From Candidatus Omnitrophota bacterium (lineage in GTDB: Bacteria > Omnitrophota > Gorgyraeia > Gygaellales > Profunditerraquicolaceae), in contig DAONDX010000009.1 of the NCBI GenBank assembly GCA_035402765.1, positions 10,350 to 74,349 on the forward strand: DNA of 64,000 nucleotides. The letters run 5' to 3'. Below the pieces are notes generated by a model that was not told the DNA's origin, searched no databases, and saw only the letters and a program-made list of their open reading frames with translations. Shown piece by piece: positions 46,927 to 55,164 of this stretch (positions are counted from its first letter, which is position 1; every line of letters begins with the position of its first letter). The position numbers and the translations under genes are program-made.

Positions 46927-47600
46927 TGAAGATACTCGGAATTGATACTACTACTAAACTTCTTTGTCTGGGGTTGTATATAGACGGTAAGTTCTATGAA
47001 TACAGCCTGCAGGCCGGCCGCAGCCTTTCCAAATTATTGGTTCCTACGATTCAGCGGGTAATCGGCGCTTTAGATCTAAAAATATCGGATATTGATTATT
47101 TTGCCTGTGGTTTAGGGCCGGGTTCTTTTACCGGGATGCGTATCGGTTTGGCTACGATAAAAGGATTAAGCGTGGTCGCCAACCAGCCGGTGCTTGGGAT
47201 TCCGACATTGGATATCCTGGCCAGAAATGCTGATGTTTTCGACCGCCCGATCATTACCGCGCTGGATGCCCGGCGGGGCCTGATCTATTGCAGTTGTTAT
47301 AAATATGAAAAAGGTATTTTAAAACGCAAGAGTGATTATTTACTCTTGCGTCCGGATGAATTGGCCAAGAAGTTTCCGGCTAAAGCTGTGATTTTGGGGG
47401 ATGCTGCGGCTTTATATAAGGATCAGCTATTGTCGCGTATGAAAGGCGCCATAGTTTTGGACAAAGATTATTGGAGCCTCCGGGCGTATCATCTTATAGA
47501 TTTAGCGCAAGCCAAGCTCCGGGCCAGGCAGTTTTCTTCCGCTTTAACGATCAAACCGATTTATTTATACCCAAAAGAATGCCAAATCAAAAAGAAATAG
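46926..47600 (+). CDS. tsaB: tRNA threonylcarbamoyladenosine biosynthesis protein TsaB
   Basis: It has a YeaZ-like actin fold (ILGIDTTT) and a GTG start. Confidence 0.8.
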   Translation: MKILGIDTTTKLLCLGLYIDGKFYEYSLQAGRSLSKLLVPTIQRVIGALDLKISDIDYFACGLGPGSFTGMRIGLATIKGLSVVANQPVLGIPTLDILARNADVFDRPIITALDARRGLIYCSCYKYEKGILKRKSDYLLLRPDELAKKFPAKAVILGDAAALYKDQLLSRMKGAIVLDKDYWSLRAYHLIDLAQAKLRARQFSSALTIKPIYLYPKECQIKKK

Positions 47601-48703
47601 GTTACCGGCCCACCTGGGCAGAGGTTAACCTGAATAATCTGGAGTATAATTTTAAAAAGGTTAAATCTTTGCTGTCGCCTCAAACTAAAGTATTGGTTAC
47701 GGTCAAGGCTGATGCTTACGGGCATGGTTTGATTCCGGTAGCCTCCAGATTAGTTGCCAGCGGCCTGGATTATTTAGGCGTAGCTTCTATTGATGAAGGA
47801 ATAAAATTAAGAAAAGCCGGCATCAGCACGCCGATTTTAATTTTGGGGGTGATTTTGAAGGAAGCTATCCGGCCGCTTTTTACTTACCGGCTGACTCCGA
47901 CTGTTTGTGACTATAAAATGGCGTTTGCGCTTAATCGTTTCGCCGCGGCTTTTAAGCAAAGGATGCCGGTGCATATTAAAGTAGACACCGGAATGGGCAG
48001 GATCGGGGTTTTACCCGGCGAAGCTTTCAAACTGGTAACTGATATTTATAAGCTAAAGCATATCGAAATCCAGGGCATCTTTACGCATTTTCCTCTGGCG
48101 GATGTTGACCAAAATTTCACTTCCAAACAAATTAATTTATTCAATAAATTGGTCGGCAGTTTAAAAGAGCAGGGTATACATATTCCTTTGGTGCATGCTG
48201 CCAATAGTATTGGATTAATCCGTCATGCCAATAGCCATTTTACTATGGTGCGGCCCGGTTTAGTAATCTACGGGTTATATCCGAAAAAGAATTTAGGCCT
48301 GAATTTAAAACCGGTGTTAAGCCTTAAAACCCGTATCGTTTTTATTAAACAGGTAGGAGGGGCAGTTGGGATAAGTTACGGATTAACTTATCGCACTAAG
48401 CGCCCAACGCGCATTGTAACTTTACCGATTGGCTACGGCGATGGCTATCCGCGTAATCTTTCTAATCTTGCCTGGCTTTTAATCGGCGGCAGGCGTTTTA
48501 AGATCAGCGGTAGGATTTGTATGGATCAAATTATGGTCGATGTCGGAAATTTCCGGCCCCAGGTCGCCGATGAGGTTATTTTGATCGGGAAACAAGGTAA
48601 ACAAAAAGTTACTGCCGAAGAGCTCGCTAAGTTATCCGGGACAATCTCTTACGAGATTGTTTGTGGATTAGGAAGCAGGATCCCGCGTGTATATAAGCCT
48701 TAA
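47579..48703 (+). CDS. alr: Alanine racemase
   Basis: The PLP-binding motif VKADAYGHG is present with YRPTWAEVNL at the N-terminus. The start is at the internal ATG at 47579 (a 22-nt overlap with tsaB). Confidence 0.85.
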   Translation: MPNQKEIGYRPTWAEVNLNNLEYNFKKVKSLLSPQTKVLVTVKADAYGHGLIPVASRLVASGLDYLGVASIDEGIKLRKAGISTPILILGVILKEAIRPLFTYRLTPTVCDYKMAFALNRFAAAFKQRMPVHIKVDTGMGRIGVLPGEAFKLVTDIYKLKHIEIQGIFTHFPLADVDQNFTSKQINLFNKLVGSLKEQGIHIPLVHAANSIGLIRHANSHFTMVRPGLVIYGLYPKKNLGLNLKPVLSLKTRIVFIKQVGGAVGISYGLTYRTKRPTRIVTLPIGYGDGYPRNLSNLAWLLIGGRRFKISGRICMDQIMVDVGNFRPQVADEVILIGKQGKQKVTAEELAKLSGTISYEIVCGLGSRIPRVYKP

Positions 48704-48776
48704 TCCCGCACCTTCTTCTTATTAAATAACTTTAGAGATAAAATTTTTAGAAACGGAATATACAGAAGGTGCGGGA
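48704..48776. repeat. Intergenic hairpin element, copy 3 (perfect 13-bp stem TCCCGCACCTTCT / AGAAGGTGCGGGA with a 47-nt AT-rich loop) between the convergent alr and lptG stops
   Basis: It exactly fills the gap between the two stop codons and probably acts as a bidirectional terminator. Confidence 0.65.
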
Positions 48777-49877
48777 TTAAGGTAATCGCGCGATAAGATA
48801 GAGGCTGCCGGTTAGAATAATAATATGGCTTAGTGAAGCGGCTAGAATAGGGGCCAGCAATCCGGATTTTCCGATGGCCAGGCAAATAGCATCCAGGACA
48901 TAATAGAGGAACCCTACCATAATCGATACTCCGATCGCCGACATGCCGGTAGCGCGTTTGCGCATGAGTAAAGAAAAAGGGATGCCCAGGAGTATGATAA
49001 TGATGCTGGTGAATGGCGAAATAAAACGCTGGTAAAGATCTACTTTTAAATTCCGGATTACGGTAGTTGCCCCGCTTTTTGAAAGTATCCAGATATAATC
49101 CTGCATTTGGCGGATATTCATCTGTTCCGGCTTTTGCCTTAAGGAAGAAAGATTCTCGGGGGTTTCCGGGATACTCATAATTTCTTCTTCAAGATAATTC
49201 GGCTCATCGATTACCTGCCCGTTGTTGTCAAATTGATAGGTAATGCTTTGATAGAATTTCCATAATCCATCCTGATAAACTCCTTTGGTGGCGATAACCT
49301 TTTTAGTCAAATTCTGATTTTCATCCTGCTCCAGGATAGTGATCCCCTCCATGGTTTTGGTGGCCGGGGAAAACTTGCTGATAAAAAACAGCCGGTTTCT
49401 TAAACCGTAGAGGGTAAGATTGGTGATTGATTCGTTTTTCTTGGATTTATTTTTGTTTGTGCCTTCCTCGATCTGAATCTTAATCTTTTGATTTTCCGCG
49501 GAGGCTACGGGAACGAACCGGTCGCTTACCCAGAATACCGCTAGGCTTATCAGGAAGCCGAAAATCAAAGCATTGCGTGCGATTTCAAATATGCTTAAGC
49601 CGCTGGAACGCATGGCAATTATTTCATTGTTATGATTAAGTTTTCCGAAGGTGTAAACCGTGCTTAACAGGCAGGCAAAAGGAGAGACTTGCACAAACAT
49701 GATCGGAAGATAGGTAATGTAGTAACGCACCAGGAGCGTAAAAGTTGCCTGGTGCTTTAATATTTCATCTAAATTAGAAAGCAGGTCGATGACAACATAC
49801 AGAAATAGAAAGACAAAAATACAGGAAATAAATATAGAAATAACTGATTTTAAAATGTAGCGGTCTAAGATGCGCAT
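48777..49877 (-). CDS. lptG: LPS export ABC transporter permease LptG
   Basis: It is LptF/LptG family, with six TM helices and a periplasmic beta-jellyroll. Confidence 0.8.
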   Translation of the reverse strand: MRILDRYILKSVISIFISCIFVFLFLYVVIDLLSNLDEILKHQATFTLLVRYYITYLPIMFVQVSPFACLLSTVYTFGKLNHNNEIIAMRSSGLSIFEIARNALIFGFLISLAVFWVSDRFVPVASAENQKIKIQIEEGTNKNKSKKNESITNLTLYGLRNRLFFISKFSPATKTMEGITILEQDENQNLTKKVIATKGVYQDGLWKFYQSITYQFDNNGQVIDEPNYLEEEIMSIPETPENLSSLRQKPEQMNIRQMQDYIWILSKSGATTVIRNLKVDLYQRFISPFTSIIIILLGIPFSLLMRKRATGMSAIGVSIMVGFLYYVLDAICLAIGKSGLLAPILAASLSHIIILTGSLYLIARLP

Positions 49878-50998
49878 AGTTTATAGGTTAAATATGTTCC
49901 GATACCGGCAAAGAGAATATTCGGCAGCCAGAGGGCAAAAGCAGCCGGCAAGACCCCTTCCATGGCCAGCGCGGTTAAGCCGATGTACATAGGATAATAA
50001 CAGACAATGATCAATACGGCAATTCCGATATTAATGGTTTTTTCGCGGCGCCGGGTAATAATTCCCAGGGAGGACCCCAGCAGCATGAAGACAAAACAAG
50101 AGAAGGCCAAAGCCAGTTTTTCATGAATTTTAGTAATGATGGGGGCCGGGCTAATGCCTTCGGATTTAAGTTTAAGCGCCTCTTTTTTCAATTCATGGAT
50201 GGTCATCTCTTTATATTTTTTCTCAACTACCTTATCCTGCATTTGAGCGATATCCAGGTTCATGAAATAAGTCCGGAAATTAAGCTTATAAAAGTTGGTA
50301 GGATTCTCCGGATCCGGTTCATCGCTGGTTCCGTCAATAAGTTTTAATTTTATGGCATTTTGCCCGGGGATCGTGATGAATTCTCCGGCTTTGGCCACAA
50401 TTGTGCGCGTTGGCCGCTCTTCCCCCTGAGGTTCATAGATGCGGATGTTATTCAACCGGTTCTTTTTTTGATCGACATGGTAAATAAAGAGGATGTATTT
50501 TTTAAAGGAATCGATAAATACTCCTTCTTCAAAGGCAGCGGTAGGATTTTTAATACCCATTTCTTGTAAAGTCTTACGGTAAGCAAAATGTGAATAAGAA
50601 GCTGCCTGGTCATTAAATACCGCTAAGGCCAGGCTTAAGGCCAGGCCGATTACTAATAAAGGCAAGATTAATTTAAATAAATTTATACCGCTGGCGCGTA
50701 TAGCGATTATCTCGTTATCTCCGCTTAATCTGCCCAGGGCCAGTAATATAGCTACCAATATTGATATCGGCAGGGTATAGGTAACAATATAGGGGGTAAG
50801 ATAAATAAAGATCTGGATTACGCTAAATATATCTACGCCTTTATTGATAACCAGATCCGCAATGCGCTTTAAATTGCCGATCAATACCATCACAAAGGTT
50901 AATAACCCCAGGCATAATAGCAGCGGCCCGAGGAATTCTTTTAAGATGTAATTACGCAGGATTTTCACCCTGTACCTTCTTTCCGGTTTGTTTATCAA
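49865..50998 (-). CDS. lptF: LPS export ABC transporter permease LptF
   Basis: It is LptF/LptG family and is adjacent to, and overlapping, lptG. Confidence 0.8.
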   Translation of the reverse strand: MINKPERRYRVKILRNYILKEFLGPLLLCLGLLTFVMVLIGNLKRIADLVINKGVDIFSVIQIFIYLTPYIVTYTLPISILVAILLALGRLSGDNEIIAIRASGINLFKLILPLLVIGLALSLALAVFNDQAASYSHFAYRKTLQEMGIKNPTAAFEEGVFIDSFKKYILFIYHVDQKKNRLNNIRIYEPQGEERPTRTIVAKAGEFITIPGQNAIKLKLIDGTSDEPDPENPTNFYKLNFRTYFMNLDIAQMQDKVVEKKYKEMTIHELKKEALKLKSEGISPAPIITKIHEKLALAFSCFVFMLLGSSLGIITRRREKTINIGIAVLIIVCYYPMYIGLTALAMEGVLPAAFALWLPNILFAGIGTYLTYKLCAS

Positions 50999-51044
50999 TC
51001 CGTACAGCTTGCCGGTCTTAATATAAACTGCACGGGTTGATAGG

Positions 51045-51770
51045 TTAACTAGCTAAAGTCAAAAGGATCACTTTGTGCGCCCCTGCTTCTTTTAAACATT
51101 TGGCTGCCTCATTTGCGGTAGCCCCGGTAGTGAGAACATCATCAACCAGTAATAAATCCGCCCCCTGAATTAATTCCGGACTGGAGACGATAAAACTTTT
51201 TTCCAGGTTCAGGCAGCGCTGCGGGAAATTTAAATTCGTCTGCGTTTTGGTAGGCTTAACCCTGAGCAGTACATTGGTTAAGACTGTTTTATCAAATTCG
51301 CCGGCGATTTGGCGGCTTAAAATTTCCGCCTGGTTAAATTCTCTTTCCCGTTTTCGGCTTTTGTGCAGCGGTACCGGAAGAATAAAATCCAGGTATTTGA
51401 CGGGAATCTGATAATCCCGGATAAAGGCGTTTATTAATTTACCTAAAAACTCACCCAAATAATCTTTACCCGAATATTTAAATTCCCGGATCAGTGTTTT
51501 TACGGATCCGGTATATACGCAGGGGCTGAAAGCCCGGTCAAAATAAAAATTTAAATTTGCGCAAGCCGGACAAATATTTTTTTCAATCGCTTCGCTAGTT
51601 AAGTGTCTGCCGCAGTTTGCGCAAAAAGGGGGAGGATTTTTCTCGATTTTATCCTGACATCCGGAACAGATTAATTGCTGTTGGTCAGGAGACTGAATTC
51701 GATTCTTGCAAATTAAGCAGAAATTAGGATAAATTAAATCCCGCAATCCTTTAAATAACCCCCGCAGCAT
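51045..51770 (-). CDS. comFC: ComF-family protein (double zinc ribbon plus phosphoribosyltransferase domain)
   Basis: N-terminal CxxC x4 (CLICKN...CSGC...CANCG...CPAC) is followed by a C-terminal PRTase motif LLVDDVLTTGAT. Confidence 0.75.
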   Translation of the reverse strand: MLRGLFKGLRDLIYPNFCLICKNRIQSPDQQQLICSGCQDKIEKNPPPFCANCGRHLTSEAIEKNICPACANLNFYFDRAFSPCVYTGSVKTLIREFKYSGKDYLGEFLGKLINAFIRDYQIPVKYLDFILPVPLHKSRKREREFNQAEILSRQIAGEFDKTVLTNVLLRVKPTKTQTNLNFPQRCLNLEKSFIVSSPELIQGADLLLVDDVLTTGATANEAAKCLKEAGAHKVILLTLAS

Positions 51771-51823
51771 AAAGATATGATATCAATGAAAATTAGGTTT
51801 GTCAAAGTAATTGGACGCATTCG

Positions 51824-51872
51824 GCGACAAGTATTCCAGGCTTGTCGCTTCAGTATCAATACGAATTGATAC
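51824..51872. promoter_or_regulatory. Two adjacent perfect palindromes in the comF/pyrE divergent region
   Basis: GCGACAAG-tattccagg-CTTGTCGC lies at 51824-51848 and GTATCAAT-acga-ATTGATAC at 51853-51872. A TTGACA-N17-TAGAAT promoter-like sequence follows at 51880-51908. Confidence 0.35.
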
Positions 51873-51906
51873 GAAGGTGTTGACAGCCCGCTTTATCGAT
51901 AGTAGA

Positions 51907-52476
51907 ATGAAAACCATGGAAAAACTGACTACCGCGGAATTGAAAGAAAAATTGTTTAATTTACTCAATGAAGTGGCTTTAAAAAGAGGCAAATTCGTGC
52001 TTTCCTCCGGCAAGGAGAGTAATTATTATTTGGATGGACGTTTAATTACTCTGAGTCCGCAAGGTGCTTATTTAGTGTCCAGTATAATTTTGGATATGAT
52101 TAAAGATGAAGCTTTGGATGCTATCGGCGGACCAACCTTAGGGGCGGATCCTATTACCGGAGCCCTGGCAGCATTAAGTTATATCAATGGGCAGCCGGTT
52201 AAAACTTTTATTGTGCGTAAGCAGGCTAAAGAGCATGGGACCCAGCAGCAGGTGGAGGGGCCGGAGCTTAAAAGGGGCAGCCGGGTAATTTTGATTGATG
52301 ATGTCGCCACCAGCGGTAAAGCGATCCTGGAAGCTAAACAAGCTTTGGATAAAATCGGGGTAATTGCCGATCGGGCGATTGTAATTGTCGACCGTAATCA
52401 GGGCGCCGTAACTAATTTAGCTAAAGTTGGCATAAAACTGCAATCAATCTTTAAGATCGCGGACTTCGGTTTATAG
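51907..52476 (+). CDS. pyrE: Orotate phosphoribosyltransferase
   Basis: The PRPP-binding motif VILIDDVATSGKA is present. The start is at ATG 51907 or 51916; the ORF-track start at 51811 is rejected. Confidence 0.85.
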   Translation: MKTMEKLTTAELKEKLFNLLNEVALKRGKFVLSSGKESNYYLDGRLITLSPQGAYLVSSIILDMIKDEALDAIGGPTLGADPITGALAALSYINGQPVKTFIVRKQAKEHGTQQQVEGPELKRGSRVILIDDVATSGKAILEAKQALDKIGVIADRAIVIVDRNQGAVTNLAKVGIKLQSIFKIADFGL

Positions 52477-52485
52477 AATATTATC

Positions 52486-53730
52486 GTGGAAAAAATAAGA
52501 ATTGTAGTCGTAGGCGGCGGGCCAAGCGGTATGATGGCGGCGATCCGGGCAGCAACTCTTGGCCGGGAAGTTATCCTGCTGGAAAAAAAGAATGCCCTCG
52601 GCAATAAACTCCTCTTGAGCGGCAAAGGCCGCTGTAATCTTACCAATACGCAAGATCTCTCCAATTTTCTTAAGCGTTTCTCTAATAACGGCGATTTTTT
52701 AAGGGATGCTTTTAAAAAATTCTTTAATCAAGAATTGATCTCTTTCTTTGAAGAGCGGGGTTTAAAGCTTAAGGTTGAACGTCAACTGCGGGTATTCCCC
52801 CAAAGTGACAGATCATCCAGCATCCTGGAGGTATTAGAAAAAGAAATGATTAAGTTGGGGGTGCGGGTAATTTGTCGCAGTAAAGCGGTAGAGTTGATTA
52901 TCTCCGCCGGCCGGGTCAGCGGGGTACGCTTGGAGAATGGCCAGGATATTCTGGGCGAACGGATTATTTTGGCTTCCGGGGGAGCAAGCTACAGTTTTAC
53001 CGGTTCGGATGCTTCAGGCATCAATATTGTTAAAAGATTAGGCCATACTATTGTGCCTTTGCGGGCGGGTTTAATTCCGCTGGATGTTAAGCAGGGCTAT
53101 ATTAAAAAATTGGAAGGGTTAACTTTACGCAACATTGAACTTAAATTCTCAGACGGAAAAAAGGAAATTATTTCTGAGATCGGGGAGATGGTTTTTACCT
53201 CTACCGGGATTTCCGGACCGTTGGTGATTACTTTGAGCGGCAAAGTTATCGATTTATTGTCTCCGGAGAAGTCAGTTTTTGTAGATATCGATTTGAAGCC
53301 CGCTTTATCGATGCAGCAGTTGGATGCCCGGCTGTTGCGGGAATTTAAATTAAATTCAAAAAAAGGCATCAAAAATATGCTCAAGGAATTATTACCCTTG
53401 CGTTTAATTATGATTTTTATTACTGTTGCCGGAATCGATCCGCTGAAAAAATGCAGCCAGATCACCCAGGAAGAAAGAGAGAAGATCGTTTCTTTGCTTA
53501 AAGGTTTCCGCCTGGAGATCTCCGGGCCGCGTCCGCTGGAAGAGGGAATGGTTACCCGCGGAGGGGTAAGTCTGAAACAAATAGATCCGCGTACGATGCA
53601 GTCGCGCCTGATCAAAGGTTTGTATCTTTGCGGAGAAATGATCGATGTGGATGCCGATACCGGAGGATTTAACCTTCAGGCAGCTTTTTCGACCGGTTAT
53701 CTTGCCGGAGAAAGCGCCGCGTTAAGTTAG
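52486..53730 (+). CDS. HI0933-family FAD-dependent flavoprotein (BaiN/aminoacetone oxidase-like)
   Basis: VVVGGGPSGMMAA with GKGRCNLTN identifies the HI0933 family. Confidence 0.7.
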   Translation: MEKIRIVVVGGGPSGMMAAIRAATLGREVILLEKKNALGNKLLLSGKGRCNLTNTQDLSNFLKRFSNNGDFLRDAFKKFFNQELISFFEERGLKLKVERQLRVFPQSDRSSSILEVLEKEMIKLGVRVICRSKAVELIISAGRVSGVRLENGQDILGERIILASGGASYSFTGSDASGINIVKRLGHTIVPLRAGLIPLDVKQGYIKKLEGLTLRNIELKFSDGKKEIISEIGEMVFTSTGISGPLVITLSGKVIDLLSPEKSVFVDIDLKPALSMQQLDARLLREFKLNSKKGIKNMLKELLPLRLIMIFITVAGIDPLKKCSQITQEEREKIVSLLKGFRLEISGPRPLEEGMVTRGGVSLKQIDPRTMQSRLIKGLYLCGEMIDVDADTGGFNLQAAFSTGYLAGESAALS

Positions 53731-53796
53731 CGGTTATTAAGTTTTGATTTGCCCGGCCTGCCGCCGGGAATGCCGCCTGCAAATAAATCATGCCTT

Positions 53797-55164
53797 ATGG
53801 AAAAGATATATTTAGCCTCCAAATCTAAAGCCAGAAAAAAACTATTAGAAAAATTTGGCCTGAAATTTAAAGTCTTGCCGGCGACAGTTAAGGAAAAAAG
53901 CCGGCGGGGTAATTTATCTTATTCTCAACTTGTCCAGAATAATGCCCGGCAGAAAGCCGAAGCGGCAGCCGCCAGGGTTGCCGGGGGAATTATCATTGCC
54001 GCAGATACGATTTGCGTGCAGGACGGTAAAATATTCGGTAAACCGAAAGACCTGCCGGGTGCCCGCCGGATGCTTAAAAAATTATCCAGTAAACCGCAAT
54101 GGCTTTATACCGGCTTGGCAGTGATCCATAAAACCCCGGGTAAACAGAGACGGATTTTGGGTTGTGAAAAAACAAAAGTTTACATGGATAAGTTAAGCGG
54201 CAAGCAGATTGACCGTTATTTTAAACAGGTCTCTCCTTTAGATAAAGCGGGGAGCTTTGACATCCAAGGTCAAGGGGCATTTTTTATTAAAAGAATTGAG
54301 GGATGCTTCTATAATGTCGTTGGCCTGCCCTTAAGAAAACTTTATTTAATGCTTGAAAAGCTTGATCTTAAGCTGTTCTCGCTTTTTCTAACTAGCGCCT
54401 GCTTATTATCTACCGTTATTCTATCCGGATGTTCCACTGAGTATAATTTAGTTACTAAACAGGAAGAAAAATATTATTACAGTACCGATAAAGAAGTGCA
54501 GATGGGCCAGTCGATTAACCGGCGGGTAGAGAAGGAATTAGTATTTTCCGGTGACCCTTTGCAGCAAAAACGCGTAGAAGAGGTGGGTAAAAAAATAGCC
54601 GCCGTCAGCGACAGGAAAGAGATTGATTATTATTTCCGGGTGCTTGATGATGAACAGATTAATGCCGTCTCTTTGCCCGGAGGTTATGTTTATGTGAATA
54701 GCGGGCTGCTGGATAAGGTGGATAATGATAACGAATTGGCTTGTATTCTGGCGCACGAAGTCGGCCATATTGTTGCCAGGCATAGCATCAAAAAACTTCA
54801 AGCTATGCAAAGTTATTCTATTTTAAGAGTGCTGGTGGCGGTTGCTCCCGCCGGGTCGGCTGAAGTGGGAAGCGCTGCGGATGCCGCTTTTACCCAATTT
54901 CTGCTTGGTTATAGCCGCGAAGATGAGTTATTGGCAGATCAATTGGGGGCCCGTTATGCTAAATTAGCCGGTTATGATCCGCATGGCATGATCGTTTTTT
55001 TGACTAAATTACAGGATATTAACCGGCGAATGCCGGTTAGGGAGCAGTCATATTATAAAACTCATCCCTATGTTCCCGACCGGATCAGGGTGGTTAAACA
55101 GGAATTGGGGGAGCAGATTGATTTCGGAGATTATATCAACATTGAACAAGAAACTCATCAATAA
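53797..55164 (+). CDS. maf: Maf-like nucleoside-triphosphate pyrophosphatase in the same open frame as an M48 lipoprotein metallopeptidase (apparent fusion or lost stop)
   Basis: A Maf domain (IYLASKSKARKKLL...FDIQGQGAFFIKRIEGCFYNVVGLP) runs without a stop into a segment that begins at the internal ATG 54349. That segment has a lipoprotein signal peptide (MLEKLDLKLFSLFLTSACLLSTVILSGC) and HEVGH. Confidence 0.55.
   Translation: MEKIYLASKSKARKKLLEKFGLKFKVLPATVKEKSRRGNLSYSQLVQNNARQKAEAAAARVAGGIIIAADTICVQDGKIFGKPKDLPGARRMLKKLSSKPQWLYTGLAVIHKTPGKQRRILGCEKTKVYMDKLSGKQIDRYFKQVSPLDKAGSFDIQGQGAFFIKRIEGCFYNVVGLPLRKLYLMLEKLDLKLFSLFLTSACLLSTVILSGCSTEYNLVTKQEEKYYYSTDKEVQMGQSINRRVEKELVFSGDPLQQKRVEEVGKKIAAVSDRKEIDYYFRVLDDEQINAVSLPGGYVYVNSGLLDKVDNDNELACILAHEVGHIVARHSIKKLQAMQSYSILRVLVAVAPAGSAEVGSAADAAFTQFLLGYSREDELLADQLGARYAKLAGYDPHGMIVFLTKLQDINRRMPVREQSYYKTHPYVPDRIRVVKQELGEQIDFGDYINIEQETHQ
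54349..55164 (+). CDS. M48-family lipoprotein zinc metallopeptidase (BepA/YfgC-like) as a possibly independent translation unit within the Maf reading frame
   Basis: Lipobox ILSGC, HEVGHIVARH and downstream EDELLAD (third ligand region) are present. Confidence 0.5.
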   Translation: MLEKLDLKLFSLFLTSACLLSTVILSGCSTEYNLVTKQEEKYYYSTDKEVQMGQSINRRVEKELVFSGDPLQQKRVEEVGKKIAAVSDRKEIDYYFRVLDDEQINAVSLPGGYVYVNSGLLDKVDNDNELACILAHEVGHIVARHSIKKLQAMQSYSILRVLVAVAPAGSAEVGSAADAAFTQFLLGYSREDELLADQLGARYAKLAGYDPHGMIVFLTKLQDINRRMPVREQSYYKTHPYVPDRIRVVKQELGEQIDFGDYINIEQETHQ

